Origin: Candidatus Enterousia intestinigallinarum
GTDB taxonomy: Bacteria; Pseudomonadota; Alphaproteobacteria; Rs-D84
Assembly (NCBI GenBank): GCA_018716885.1
Contig: DVJI01000012.1
Span: forward strand, 175,065-239,064
Reading direction: 5' to 3'
Length of the DNA: 64,000 bases
Every line of letters starts with the position of its first letter. Positions within the stretch are counted from its first letter, which is position 1. A program made the translations under genes and the position numbers. Under the pieces are notes generated by a model that worked only from the letters and a program-made list of their open reading frames with translations, had not been told where the DNA came from and ran no database searches. This document shows positions 38,807 through 50,400 of the stretch, piece after piece.

Positions 38807-41800
38807 ATGCAACGCAAAATGCAATCCAAAACAATCCGAAAAAATGCTGCTGCACGCACATCGCGTCCACGTGTTACGAAACAAAACACGCATCGTATAT
38901 GGCGAACCGTCGCCTGGATTGCGGGTGCGATTGCACTGATTGGAATAATTGCGCTCATTTGGTGGCGCGCCAGTACATCGGAAACAGACGTCACAAAACT
39001 GACGGCGACGGCAACCGCGCCGGCGGTTCAAACGTTCACCGATGACAACACTATGTTTTTTGCAACCCAAAACAGCATCCCAGACGTGAATAATGACCGT
39101 GAACTGACCCCGCCAGCAGACGCAATGATTTCATACACGCTGGAATCTGGTCCGTATGCACCAGCATTCAAAATGAACCTGGTTGATGCGGATTTGTCGG
39201 ACCAGGTAAAAATTACCCCGTTTATACGTGGCACGTGGCATTTTCGCGGATCTAATAATTTATCATTTGCGCCGGACGGCACCTGGCCAGCGGGAACAAA
39301 GTTCACAGTTCGAATAAATCCGGCCTTGATAAACGACGATGTGCGTGATGCACCAACACGCTTTACTTTCACTACACCGGATATCACAGCCACGGTTGAT
39401 AACTTTAACCTGTATCCTGCCCTGGACGACGCCAAATCGGTTATTGGTGTTGCGGTAATATCGTTTGATTATGAAATTGATACGACTGATTTCGCGGATA
39501 AAGTATCAATGAAACTGGACGACAAGAAACTGGACTTTACTGTAAAGTTCGACCGCTTTCGCCGTACTGCGTTTATAATATCAGCACCAGTAAAAATAAC
39601 CAACAACGCGCAGATTATGCGGGTAAAACTAAATCGCATACCTGCATTGGACGGCGATTCCAAAACACAAAAATTGACCGCAAATGTAACAGTTGATGCT
39701 GCCGACAATATTTTCAAAATATCATCGCTGGACACGACTGTTGCCGATGACAATGACGGCAACGCACAACAGTTGATATTGCTTGACACCACGACGGCCG
39801 CGCGTGATAACACCGATTGGTCACAATATATCACTGTATATTTATTACCGACTTACCGTGACGACGAAGAACGCACCGCACAGCGTGTGCATATATGGGC
39901 TGACGATGAAATAACAGAAGACGTATTATCAGAATCAAAAAAACTGGATATAAAACAGATGGATTTTGCCACCGCACGCGGTGTTTATCAGTATGCTTTT
40001 TCATACGATGTATCCGACAAGCAAACACGATACATCTATGTTGATGTAAAACCTGGGGCTTTATCTGCAACTGGATTTGAAATGAAAAACGGCGACACAT
40101 CCGTAATGCGTGTTCCATATCCGACCGCATCTGTTCAGATTGCCGGGTCCGGCGCACTGTTGTCATTGGCCGGCGGACGCGAATTGGGAATTGTCGCCCG
40201 TGGCGGTGTCGATACGGCGTACGTGAACCTGTACAAAGTAAAATCCGAAGAAATAAATCACCTGATATCCCAAACATACAATGTGTTTGCATCAAATATG
40301 GAATTTAAGTCCTGGGCATTTGGCGTATATGATATGTCTGTGGTGTTTCAAAAGCGAATTTCTTTTGTAAATCCGTCTATGAAATCAGCTAATTATGCAT
40401 CTATTGACCTGGGCGATTATCTGGACAGAACATACGGTGACAATACCGGCATATTTATAATCCAGACCGGCACATCAGAAAATGCCGCTGAATATAACGA
40501 CAAACGTTTAATACTGCTGACTGATTTAGGAATTATACGCAAAGTAAATATGGATAATTCATCCGTGGTATTTGTGTCAAACTTATCAACTGGCACACCG
40601 GCGGCGGATGTGGAAATTTCTGTTCTGGGACGCAACGGCAATAATGTTTGGGCCGGTCGCACTGATGCCAACGGGCGCGCGGAAATTCCGGCACTGCCGT
40701 GGTCAGAATATCGTAACGCGCGCGAACCCGTCGCAGTTGTTGCACGACGTGGCGATGATATTGCGTTTATACCATACAATGCATATAACCAGCACGTAGA
40801 ATATTCAAAATTTGATGTTGACGGCGTGTACGCATCAGCATCAACACCACTGAACGCATTTATGTTTTCAGACCGCGGAATTTACCGTCCGGGTGAACAG
40901 TTAGTCCTGGGCGGAATTGTAAAAAACAAATCTTTCAAATCACTTGCTGGGATTCCAGTACGTCTGCAAATGCGTGACGCACGCGGTCGCATTACATTAG
41001 AAAAAACATTTTCACTGACCGCGGACGGCTTGTTCGATATAGAATATAAAATTCCAGATGATGCGACACTGGGAACCTGGAACACATATTTATACTCGCT
41101 GACCGCAAATGACAAATTGGCTGATATGCTAGGTACCGTAACTTTCGACGTTCAGGAATTTGTCCCTGACACAATGAAAATAACGGCCAATATTGCGGGC
41201 GCATCAGAAAACGGCGGTTGGGTTGCACCGTCAAACCTGCGGGCAACTGTATCATTGCGCAATTTGTTCGGTACACCGGCAACAAATCGACGCATTGCCG
41301 CACGCGCAACATTGACGCCGGTCGAATATTCTTTTGATAATTTTGCCGGATATAAATTTACGCCTAACTTTATTTCTGATACTGGGCTGTCAACAAATAC
41401 GGCACGCCGTATCCAGACATATTCTGTTGAACTGCCTGATATGCGAACGGACGACAACGGCGCCGCAACACTGGACATACAATTCGACAGAATTATACCA
41501 TCGGGTACATACACACTGGCACTGAACGTACGCGGATTCGAATCGAATTCTGGCACCAGTGTCCAAACAAATATCACCACCCGCGTATCCGATGCAAAAT
41601 ATCTGGTTGGTTGGCGTGCTGATGGCGACACATCATATATAAACAAAAACACCGTACGCAAAATCAAACTGATTGCTGTTGACCACACCGCAACACCGAT
41701 TGCAGCGGACGGGTTAAAATTGCGCATACTGCGCCGCGAAAACCAAACCACACTGGTCAAAGATTATAATAACTACTATAAATACCAGACCGTATCCCGC

Positions 41801-44614
41801 GACAAAACCGTTTCGCAAACCGCACTGGATATACCCGCGGATGGCGCAACAGTAACACTGGACACAAAAACTGGCGGAACATATTTTATGCAGGTTTTGG
41901 ACGCCGCGGATAAAATTCTGGCCAGTGCTGAATATTATGTTGCTGGTGGCGAAAACGTATCAATGACTTCAGATACGCCCGCCGATTTACAAATAAAACT
42001 GGACGCATCAGAATATGCCCCTGGCGATGATATCGCGGTCAGCATAACCGCCCCGTACACAGGTGCCGGATTGATAACAATAGAACGCGACAAAGTGTAC
42101 GCTTACAAATGGTTTAACACAAAATCCACATCTTCGGTTCAGCATATAACCGTTCCCGCCGGATTTGAAGGCACTGGGTACGTCAACGTATCGTTTGTTC
42201 GTGATATAAACAGTCGTGACATATTCACCACGCCATATGCATACGCCGTCGCGCCATTTTCGGCCGACACATCCGCACGAAAAATAGATATAAAGTTGAA
42301 TACGCCGGATGTCGTACGCGACAATAAATTGACCGTGCAATACACAACAAACCGTGACGTACGCATAATGCTGTTTGCCGTCAACACCGGAATCTTACAG
42401 GTTGCAAATTACCAGATTCCAAACCCGCTGGCACACTTTTTCCAGAAATCAGCATTACAGGTGAACACATATCAAATACTGTCACTGCTGTTGCCGGAAT
42501 ACAAAATTCTGCGCGAATATGCCAAAACCGGCGGTGGCGACTATGGTGGCGACGGTGCCGTAAACCTGATTCAAACAAATCCGTTTGGACGTCGCACCCA
42601 GGCACCCGTTGCGTTCTATTCAAAAATTTTGAACGCACGCGCAAACACAACGGACAGCGTAACGTTCGATATTCCCGAATACTTTAACGGCGCGGTTCGT
42701 GTGTTTGCAGTTGCCGCAAACACCAGCGCGGTCGGCGCGGCAGATACTGAAGTATATGTACAATCACCGATTGTAATATCAACGTCCGCCCCACTGTTTG
42801 CGGCTCCAAACGATACGTTTGAAATAAACAGCGTCGTAACAAATATGACCGAAAACAGCGGCGCCAACGCAAAAATATCACTGGCGGCGACGACATCTGG
42901 TGGGCTGAATTTAACTGGTGCCACAACTATGTCTGATACAGTTGCAGAAAATGCGGAAAAATTATTTACTTTCCCTGTTCGCGCAACAGACACATTGGGC
43001 AACGCAGAAATCAAATTGAATGCCACATTAAACACGGATGACAAAACATTGGCCACACGTGAAAATACAACAACATTGTCCGTGCGTCCGATAACGACAT
43101 ATACAACAAATATAACGTCTGGTATTGTGGATTCACGCGATACAACCGTGTCCGATTTTAATATTGATATGTATCCGGAATTTGCGACACGACACCTGTA
43201 CGTATCGCACGGTGCGGGCGCAATGGCAATGCCGTTGTTTGAATATCTGGCACATTACGATTATCCCTGTACTGAACAACTGGTATCGCGCGCAATTCCA
43301 TATGCGGTAATGCCGGATAATAAAATACTGGGGACAACACGTTCAGAATCCGCCAAAAAAATCGCGGACACCGTGAACACCCTGCGTAATCGCCAGAACG
43401 ATGACGGGTCATTTGCATTGTGGTCTGGTGGCGCAACAACACGTGATAACCGATTCGATTCGGATACGGCGTATCTGACCGCATATGTAACGCAATTCCT
43501 GATCATTGCGCGTGACGCTGGATTTACTGTTCCAACACAAATGCTGTCACGGGCGGTGGATTTTCTGCGCACATTTGCGGGTGGCAATATAATTGACGCC
43601 GAATATGCCCGTGCCGCCGCATACGCAATATATGTAATTTCCGAAAATGGATATGTTACGACCAGTTACATAGACGCCCTGACCCAGTACGCAGATGAAA
43701 ACATCAAAAACTGGCGCGAAACATTGACTGGGGCATATATCGCTGCGGCGTATAAAATCCTGAAACAGGATGATTTGGCACGCGATTTGATATCGGAATA
43801 CGGCACATCGCGCAACACACGTTTTGAATACAGTGCAATGTTTGACAATAATGTTGCAAACGACGCAATGTATTATTACCTGACCAACAAATTATTTGCG
43901 TCACAGAATCCAACCGAATCCGATGTCTTGCGTGAATATGTCAAATCTGGGACATTTGACGCGTACACATCCGCCGTGGTAATTATGGCACTGGCCGGCG
44001 ATTCGACCGCCGCGGTCAAAACAGGTGACATCACAGTTACAACTAATTCACAAATTGTACCAGTTGTAACAGACAGCGCGGACGGCGTTACGGCCAAAAT
44101 CCCCGCCGATGCAACCAAAATCAATATCACCTGTGCCGAATGCAACGATGCAACACGTATGTATTATACCCTGGTACAACAAGGTTATCCGACGGAATCG
44201 CGCGCCGCGACAAACGGTTTGGATATAACACGCGAATATTACAACGCTGACGGCGACAGAATAACACAAGCAAATATCGGCGACATTGTAACAGTGCGCA
44301 TATCGGCCCGTACACGCGGCGGCACTGATATTGCGGAAAACATTGCGATTACGGACCTGTTACCCGGCGGATTTATTGCAAACGCGGATTCTGTCACTGG
44401 CACCCCGGAATATTTCGAGGTTCGCGAAGACCGCGTCCTGATATATGCCGACCTGACACGCGAAGTCACAGAATTCACCTATACAGTTCAGGTTGGCGCG
44501 TCCGGTACATTTGCAATTCCAGCAATTTCCGCGGAATCTATGTATAATCCACAGATACGCGCCACCGGACACACAGGAACATTTACGGTATTAAATGAAA
44601 CATCTGAAAGATAG
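38807..44614 (+). CDS. bacterial alpha-2-macroglobulin
   Basis: SDRGIYRPGE, QEFVPD, thioester CTEQ, QN.DGSF.LW, DLLPGG, REDRV; followed by pbpC. Confidence 0.95.
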   Translation: MQRKMQSKTIRKNAAARTSRPRVTKQNTHRIWRTVAWIAGAIALIGIIALIWWRASTSETDVTKLTATATAPAVQTFTDDNTMFFATQNSIPDVNNDRELTPPADAMISYTLESGPYAPAFKMNLVDADLSDQVKITPFIRGTWHFRGSNNLSFAPDGTWPAGTKFTVRINPALINDDVRDAPTRFTFTTPDITATVDNFNLYPALDDAKSVIGVAVISFDYEIDTTDFADKVSMKLDDKKLDFTVKFDRFRRTAFIISAPVKITNNAQIMRVKLNRIPALDGDSKTQKLTANVTVDAADNIFKISSLDTTVADDNDGNAQQLILLDTTTAARDNTDWSQYITVYLLPTYRDDEERTAQRVHIWADDEITEDVLSESKKLDIKQMDFATARGVYQYAFSYDVSDKQTRYIYVDVKPGALSATGFEMKNGDTSVMRVPYPTASVQIAGSGALLSLAGGRELGIVARGGVDTAYVNLYKVKSEEINHLISQTYNVFASNMEFKSWAFGVYDMSVVFQKRISFVNPSMKSANYASIDLGDYLDRTYGDNTGIFIIQTGTSENAAEYNDKRLILLTDLGIIRKVNMDNSSVVFVSNLSTGTPAADVEISVLGRNGNNVWAGRTDANGRAEIPALPWSEYRNAREPVAVVARRGDDIAFIPYNAYNQHVEYSKFDVDGVYASASTPLNAFMFSDRGIYRPGEQLVLGGIVKNKSFKSLAGIPVRLQMRDARGRITLEKTFSLTADGLFDIEYKIPDDATLGTWNTYLYSLTANDKLADMLGTVTFDVQEFVPDTMKITANIAGASENGGWVAPSNLRATVSLRNLFGTPATNRRIAARATLTPVEYSFDNFAGYKFTPNFISDTGLSTNTARRIQTYSVELPDMRTDDNGAATLDIQFDRIIPSGTYTLALNVRGFESNSGTSVQTNITTRVSDAKYLVGWRADGDTSYINKNTVRKIKLIAVDHTATPIAADGLKLRILRRENQTTLVKDYNNYYKYQTVSRDKTVSQTALDIPADGATVTLDTKTGGTYFMQVLDAADKILASAEYYVAGGENVSMTSDTPADLQIKLDASEYAPGDDIAVSITAPYTGAGLITIERDKVYAYKWFNTKSTSSVQHITVPAGFEGTGYVNVSFVRDINSRDIFTTPYAYAVAPFSADTSARKIDIKLNTPDVVRDNKLTVQYTTNRDVRIMLFAVNTGILQVANYQIPNPLAHFFQKSALQVNTYQILSLLLPEYKILREYAKTGGGDYGGDGAVNLIQTNPFGRRTQAPVAFYSKILNARANTTDSVTFDIPEYFNGAVRVFAVAANTSAVGAADTEVYVQSPIVISTSAPLFAAPNDTFEINSVVTNMTENSGANAKISLAATTSGGLNLTGATTMSDTVAENAEKLFTFPVRATDTLGNAEIKLNATLNTDDKTLATRENTTTLSVRPITTYTTNITSGIVDSRDTTVSDFNIDMYPEFATRHLYVSHGAGAMAMPLFEYLAHYDYPCTEQLVSRAIPYAVMPDNKILGTTRSESAKKIADTVNTLRNRQNDDGSFALWSGGATTRDNRFDSDTAYLTAYVTQFLIIARDAGFTVPTQMLSRAVDFLRTFAGGNIIDAEYARAAAYAIYVISENGYVTTSYIDALTQYADENIKNWRETLTGAYIAAAYKILKQDDLARDLISEYGTSRNTRFEYSAMFDNNVANDAMYYYLTNKLFASQNPTESDVLREYVKSGTFDAYTSAVVIMALAGDSTAAVKTGDITVTTNSQIVPVVTDSADGVTAKIPADATKINITCAECNDATRMYYTLVQQGYPTESRAATNGLDITREYYNADGDRITQANIGDIVTVRISARTRGGTDIAENIAITDLLPGGFIANADSVTGTPEYFEVREDRVLIYADLTREVTEFTYTVQVGASGTFAIPAISAESMYNPQIRATGHTGTFTVLNETSER

Positions 44615-47006
44615 TTTGCACGGTGCACGCAAACGTGTGGCGACGCATATGCGTCGCCACAGGATTTTGTATTGCCTGGTATTCGCGTTACTGGTTATAT
44701 ACGCAATTATAAAAATATTTTTCACCCCGCCGCTGCTATCAGATACTCACTTTGGCCGCGCATATTTTGACAGAAACGGCAACCTGATGCGTATAACATT
44801 GTCCGCCGATGACAAATACAGATTGTTCACCCCCCTATCCGATATCAGCGAATATGTCCAACGTGCGACAATATTGTACGAGGATAAATATTTCAAATTT
44901 CATCCCGGTGTCAATCCAGTGGCACTGGTACGCGCCGCAAAAAATTATTTCACATCTGGCGCGCGTCCGGTTGGTGCATCAACTATAACAATGCAGGTCG
45001 CACGTATAAAATATGACCTGGACACGCGGAAAATCCCAGGGAAACTGATACAAATTGCCGCGGCTATTTATATAGATTTGTTCTATTCCAAGGACGAAAT
45101 TTTAGAAGCATATCTAAACCTGGCGCCATATGGCGGCAATATTGAAAGCATTGGCGCGGCATCATTGATATATTTTGGCAAACCAGCGCGCGACCTGACC
45201 AAGATAGAGGCGATAACTCTGTCAACAATTCCACAAAATCCGACAAAACGCGGACTGAACACCGATGCGGGACTGGCCAATATAATGAATATGCGTGGTG
45301 ATTTGGTTCGTCGTTGGATAGATATAAATCCCACAGACGCCGGATTGGAAACATTGGCCAATATGCCACTGAACGTACGCACAACACGAGATTTACCGTT
45401 TTATGCGCCGCATTTTATAAATTATAAAATATCACAACGACGCAACTATTGGAACGATTTGGGTGCACGGGATTCTGTTGTAAATACGACACTAGATTTG
45501 AACCTGCAGCGTGCGATGGAACGCACATTGCAAAACCAGATAAATTCGCGCGCCCATCTGGGCATACATAATGCCGCCGCAATATTGGTAAATTATAAGA
45601 CAATGGAAACATTGGCGTATATCGGATCGGCAAATTATTTTGATAAATCTATTTACGGCGAAAACGATGGGGTTCACGCGCGCCGCAGTCCGGGCTCTAC
45701 ACTGAAACCGTTGATTTATGCCACAGCGGTGGATATGGGGTATATTCACGGAATGACGCTGTTAAAGGACGCAAAAATCAACTTTGGCGTGTATGTCCCT
45801 GAAAACGCAGACAGTGAATTTTACGGTCCGGTGTTGGCACGTGATGCCCTGACCCATTCGCGAAATATTCCGGCGATAAATTTATTACGGAAAATCGGAA
45901 CCAGAAATTTTTATAACATACTGGCGGCATCCGGGGTAACAAACCTGAAATCGCCAGAATGGTACGGAATATCCGTCGCCCTGGGCGGAGCCGAAGTTTC
46001 AATGTTCGAACTGGCCGATATTTATGCGACTATGGCAAATCTGGGGATGCGTTACGATATTATAACGAATACAGACACACCGCGTGGCGACGGGAAACAA
46101 ATTCTGACGCCAGAAGCATTTTTTATCACCCTGGATATGTTGGCACGCCAATCGACCCCGACAAAGAACATTCCGTTTGCACGCAAACAAACAGAAACTT
46201 TACGCCACTATTGGAAAACAGGAACATCTTCATCATTTCGCGATGCGTGGACTGCGGGAATATTTGGCGATTTTGTACTGGTTGTATGGGTCGGAAATTT
46301 TGACGGCACACCAAACAATGCATTCAGCGGAGCCAAAGCCGCGGCGCCGATATACTTTTCATTAGCCGAAACGGTTGAAAAATATTACGCCGCGAACGGC
46401 ACACCACTGCATAACAATAACTTTATACGGGATAATTTGAACATATCGGAAATAGAAATGTGCGACGGGGTCGGGGGCCTGGCCGGGAAATATTGTCCTA
46501 AAACCGTGCGCGCGTATTTTATTCCCGGCAAATCGCCGATTGAAACATCGTCCGTCTATCGCGCCGTTCCCATAGACAACGCAACCGGACTGCGCGCGTG
46601 CACATATGACGCCGCAACCACCCATATGGCCGTTTTTGAATTTTGGGATGCTGAATATCTGGATATGTTTCGTCGTGCCGGAATCACACGCAACACCCCG
46701 CCCCCGTTTATGCCGGGATGCGACCTGGACGATATAGTCGAAACACGCGCCGCACCGGTAATCACATCCCCGCTGGATGGAACACGCGCGGTAATAGTAT
46801 CGGATAAAAACCACGAACCCATCGCTTTCCAGGCAGTATCGGATATGGCAACCGCAAAAATATTCTGGTTTTTAGACGATGAGATGATTGGTACTACATT
46901 ATCGGGGCAAACATTTACCCATCACGTTTCAATCGGCACGCACACCGTTCGAATAACAGATGAAATGGGTGGTGGTGCACGTATAAACTTCAGTGTAGTA
47001 AAGTAA
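44595..47006 (+). CDS. pbpC: penicillin-binding protein 1C
   Basis: EDK.F..H.GV, GASTITMQVAR, SPGSTLKP, SRN, KTGT; downstream of A2M. Confidence 0.95.
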   Translation: MKHLKDSLHGARKRVATHMRRHRILYCLVFALLVIYAIIKIFFTPPLLSDTHFGRAYFDRNGNLMRITLSADDKYRLFTPLSDISEYVQRATILYEDKYFKFHPGVNPVALVRAAKNYFTSGARPVGASTITMQVARIKYDLDTRKIPGKLIQIAAAIYIDLFYSKDEILEAYLNLAPYGGNIESIGAASLIYFGKPARDLTKIEAITLSTIPQNPTKRGLNTDAGLANIMNMRGDLVRRWIDINPTDAGLETLANMPLNVRTTRDLPFYAPHFINYKISQRRNYWNDLGARDSVVNTTLDLNLQRAMERTLQNQINSRAHLGIHNAAAILVNYKTMETLAYIGSANYFDKSIYGENDGVHARRSPGSTLKPLIYATAVDMGYIHGMTLLKDAKINFGVYVPENADSEFYGPVLARDALTHSRNIPAINLLRKIGTRNFYNILAASGVTNLKSPEWYGISVALGGAEVSMFELADIYATMANLGMRYDIITNTDTPRGDGKQILTPEAFFITLDMLARQSTPTKNIPFARKQTETLRHYWKTGTSSSFRDAWTAGIFGDFVLVVWVGNFDGTPNNAFSGAKAAAPIYFSLAETVEKYYAANGTPLHNNNFIRDNLNISEIEMCDGVGGLAGKYCPKTVRAYFIPGKSPIETSSVYRAVPIDNATGLRACTYDAATTHMAVFEFWDAEYLDMFRRAGITRNTPPPFMPGCDLDDIVETRAAPVITSPLDGTRAVIVSDKNHEPIAFQAVSDMATAKIFWFLDDEMIGTTLSGQTFTHHVSIGTHTVRITDEMGGGARINFSVVK

Positions 47007-47030
47007 ATACTGGAACAAATTGACGCGGCA

Positions 47031-47930
47031 TTACAACAGAAAATCAGTAATATAATTAAAAGATATTCCAAATATCAGGTTGCTGCCATAATGTTCTGCG
47101 CCACGCGCACGCGCCAACCTGTATTGGGCATATGGTCCCATTGTAAAGTTACCCCACAAATTCGTATCAAATCGGATAACCGCGCTTAAATCACGTTCCA
47201 GGTCGGTTGATACATATTCGGAATAAGAAAAGTATTCACGATAATATCCGTCCGATGATAATTTAACACCCGGCCGTATGGTATATTCCAAACGCCAACC
47301 AAATTCAGCACCGATTTTACTGTTCTGGGCACCCGCATATGTAAAATCATATTCGTGTATTCCGGTCAAATACAAACTTTTTATAATTGTATGGTCAAAC
47401 AGCGAAATACCAGCACTGTTACGAATAATATTCTGGCGCGGGGAATCATCACTGTCCGCAAATTGTGTTTCATATGCCGCACGAACGGTGGGACCAAATT
47501 TCAATCCAGCAAATTCCCAACACTCATAAGATAAATCACTGGAAAACAGAATTTTATCGGCGTTTTCATCGGTTGTCGCCGGCGCATTATACGGTTTCAG
47601 GGTCGTTTTACCGTATTCCATAAACAAACTGTTGTCCCATTTGAACTTGTTTTTTGTATATTCCAAAATGGTATCAAAAACGCCCTTGATATAATCCTGG
47701 CTGGTGGCATTCAGGGCAGACACGGGTGAATCCTGATATTCTTCGGCATTTTGTACCTGGGTTTTTGACCAATCCAGCCCGATGCGCCGCACCGACAGTT
47801 GTAATTTCTGGGCATCGTGTGAAATACCGAATAATGCGTCTTTATCATCAGCATCAGCGGCCAACGCCCCAACCGGCACAGTCAAGCACATAAAAATCAG
47901 AAAAAGTTTTTTCAAAATCAGTCCCGCCAT
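47031..47930 (-). CDS. probable outer membrane beta-barrel protein
   Basis: Signal peptide and alternating aromatic beta strands. Confidence 0.65.
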   Translation of the reverse strand: MAGLILKKLFLIFMCLTVPVGALAADADDKDALFGISHDAQKLQLSVRRIGLDWSKTQVQNAEEYQDSPVSALNATSQDYIKGVFDTILEYTKNKFKWDNSLFMEYGKTTLKPYNAPATTDENADKILFSSDLSYECWEFAGLKFGPTVRAAYETQFADSDDSPRQNIIRNSAGISLFDHTIIKSLYLTGIHEYDFTYAGAQNSKIGAEFGWRLEYTIRPGVKLSSDGYYREYFSYSEYVSTDLERDLSAVIRFDTNLWGNFTMGPYAQYRLARARGAEHYGSNLIFGISFNYITDFLL

Positions 47931-47936
47931 AAAAAA

Positions 47937-48551
47937 CTATTTTATTATATGCAACACCCCGTTTTGGTCGGCGTATCGCCATCCGGCCTCGCGTATGGCG
48001 ATGGTAAAAGCACTGCGACTGGCAACGGGAACTTCGGCGGTGATTTGATTACCGTTTATGTATTTTGTTGATAAATCAATACCTTCATCCCGGGCGATAC
48101 GGCGCAATTCCATCCATCCGGCCAACTTGTCCGTCATAACAATCTGGACAACAAATCTGTCGCCCGCGTTACCGTCGGTCAGCCAATTTTGAATATTGTT
48201 TTCCGTCATCCACGCACGTGCCGCATCCCTGTCTATGGTCATAGATATATTTGCGGAATACGTGGTATCCGACTGCTGTTCGCCGTCAATAGATGACGCA
48301 GCAATCAGATTCATCAAATCCGCGGACTTTGCGTTTTTCACAACATCATTTAACTGGTCTGGTATTGAATACTGCCCCAGAACATCCGTAATGATTTGAC
48401 GCCGCGCCTCGTCAAAGGCCATATCTTTGGCCGCGGCAGCAGTATCACTGGTAACATTTACCGATGCCACGCCCGACAAATCCGACGCGTGCGCCGCGAC
48501 ACAAAATACCACGGCGCAACAGGCGAACAAAAATTTTTTCATACTCGTCAT
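47937..48551 (-). CDS. hypothetical exported protein
   Basis: Signal peptide; V.V...T.AAAKD.A..EA.R pattern. Confidence 0.7.
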   Translation of the reverse strand: MTSMKKFLFACCAVVFCVAAHASDLSGVASVNVTSDTAAAAKDMAFDEARRQIITDVLGQYSIPDQLNDVVKNAKSADLMNLIAASSIDGEQQSDTTYSANISMTIDRDAARAWMTENNIQNWLTDGNAGDRFVVQIVMTDKLAGWMELRRIARDEGIDLSTKYINGNQITAEVPVASRSAFTIAIREAGWRYADQNGVLHIIK

Positions 48552-48565
48552 ATTTAACCAACTGT

Positions 48566-50026
48566 CTAGAACTTTGCGTTGATTCCGACGCGAATTCCCA
48601 TTGACTTATAGAACGATTCTATTTCGCCACTGGTCGAACATACCCAGCCCGGACATTGTTCTTCCAACGCCTTGATATTTATTGCTGTTGGATCACCGGT
48701 ATCCGGATTCAACATAGCGGTTTCGTCACCGTTCCATTTGGTAGAATTCAGAATCATATTATACCAATCGTTATAATATGTACCGTTCAGATAGGTTTTC
48801 GCATCAGCCCCGCTGACCGTATAATAATCATACGTCAGTCCAATCGATAATGCAATAGAATCCGTTATCGCCGTTTGCCAGTTGGCGCCCAGCCCGAAAT
48901 GAATTGCGCTGAACATACCAGCATCGTCTTCGACACTTTTCGGATGCGCCCAGTCAAAGCGGTACGGTTGGTCGCCGGTGGAATTATATCCGGGGAATCC
49001 CAACTCTATACGCCCATTTACAGAATTATTCTGATTTATCAAATAATCCATATCCAGCGCGATATACGGCCCGGCCCAGGTTGTTTCATACGAATGGCTG
49101 GTTCCCGGCTGATGATAATAATACGTGCTGCCAGTATTTATACTGCTGGCATTACCGGGCACGTCCATTGAACCGTCAATACTGTCACGCCAGATAATTT
49201 GTTGTTTGCCATCCGACAGATTTACAATAATCGCCGGGTCACATTGAATTTCATCGCTGCCCTCAACCCGGAAACAGGCGGTCGTATCGACCGACAACCC
49301 ATAATTATTTTCTGTTTCCAGTTTATATTTTAAGTAACGATACCCAACAGATGGCGTCAATGTAACATTACCTATTTTGAAAATATCCGTCAGGCCAAAC
49401 CCAACATTAAAACCCAACATATTTCCACCCTGGCTGGTACCGATTGACATTGCGTGGCCAATCTGATCACCAATTTCGGTATCATCGTTGGCATTTATCC
49501 AGGTTGTAACCAAGAAACCGCCATTTGTAATATCGTCGTCGTACATAGTGGATTCGCCCCACTGCATACCGTATTTCAAACCGGCATCGATCTGTAAAGT
49601 CGTACTGCCAACATCAAACGCATATCCACCACTGACATCCAGAACGTTCCAGCCGACATTATCATAACTCAATATACTGCCGGACTGGGCCATTTCAAAC
49701 TGCCACTGGGCCATTTCGTGACTTATGCCGGCATCCAGCCAAAATCCAGATTTTTTATTTGCAGATGTGGTCGCCTGATTTGACGTGGCGGTATTTTGCT
49801 GCTGCGCAGATGTGGCGGTGTTATTATTATACCTGGACGCATATGATGTATTATACGCATTATTATATCGGCTGGCATAGCCAGTCTGACGTTGGGCGTA
49901 TGTCTGCGTGGAATAACGTGTTTGTGGCGACTGATACGCATTTGTATATCCAGAATAATACGTTCCGGCCGCATTTGCCACGATTGGCATCAACAACATC
50001 AACGCAAATAAAGAAACCTTTCTCAT
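48566..50026 (-). CDS. probable outer membrane beta-barrel protein
   Basis: Signal peptide, Tyr/Gln-rich N-terminus, LTPSVGYRY, terminal GINAKF. Confidence 0.7.
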   Translation of the reverse strand: MRKVSLFALMLLMPIVANAAGTYYSGYTNAYQSPQTRYSTQTYAQRQTGYASRYNNAYNTSYASRYNNNTATSAQQQNTATSNQATTSANKKSGFWLDAGISHEMAQWQFEMAQSGSILSYDNVGWNVLDVSGGYAFDVGSTTLQIDAGLKYGMQWGESTMYDDDITNGGFLVTTWINANDDTEIGDQIGHAMSIGTSQGGNMLGFNVGFGLTDIFKIGNVTLTPSVGYRYLKYKLETENNYGLSVDTTACFRVEGSDEIQCDPAIIVNLSDGKQQIIWRDSIDGSMDVPGNASSINTGSTYYYHQPGTSHSYETTWAGPYIALDMDYLINQNNSVNGRIELGFPGYNSTGDQPYRFDWAHPKSVEDDAGMFSAIHFGLGANWQTAITDSIALSIGLTYDYYTVSGADAKTYLNGTYYNDWYNMILNSTKWNGDETAMLNPDTGDPTAINIKALEEQCPGWVCSTSGEIESFYKSMGIRVGINAKF

Positions 50027-50198
50027 TTATTGTCCCCTACATTATTATTTAGATATCGCATATATTGTATCATAAAAAGGTTGAAAATAAAAATGCTTCT
50101 TGCAAGAATTGCAAAGAAAAAATATAACCTTGGCGGACGTGGCGGCGACGGTCGAAGCGAAGTGCCGCCGGGACGTAAAACATTGTGTTGTACATACT

Positions 50199-50284
50199 GC
50201 GGACGTGGCGAAACGGTAGACGCACAGCACTAAGGATGCTGTGGATAATAATCCGTGGGGGTTCGATTCCCCCCGTCCGCACCA
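50199..50284 (+). tRNA. tRNA-Leu(AAG)
   Basis: Acceptor GCGGACG/CGTCCGC+ACCA, anticodon arm CAGCA-CT-AAG-GA-TGCTG, long variable arm, GGTTCGATTCC. Confidence 0.9.
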
Positions 50285-50291
50285 TCACACC

Positions 50292-50340
50292 TCTGTTCTC
50301 TGTTATCTGTTCTCTGTTATCTGTTATCTGTTATCTGTTC
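50292..50340. repeat. heptamer tandem repeat (TCTGTTM)x7
   Basis: Seven consecutive TCTGTTC/TCTGTTA units directly after the tRNA. Confidence 0.9.
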
Positions 50341-50400
50341 TCTAATAAAAACCCTTGCCCGACTTTTCAAAATTTTGCTAACATTACGATATAGCAAGGA

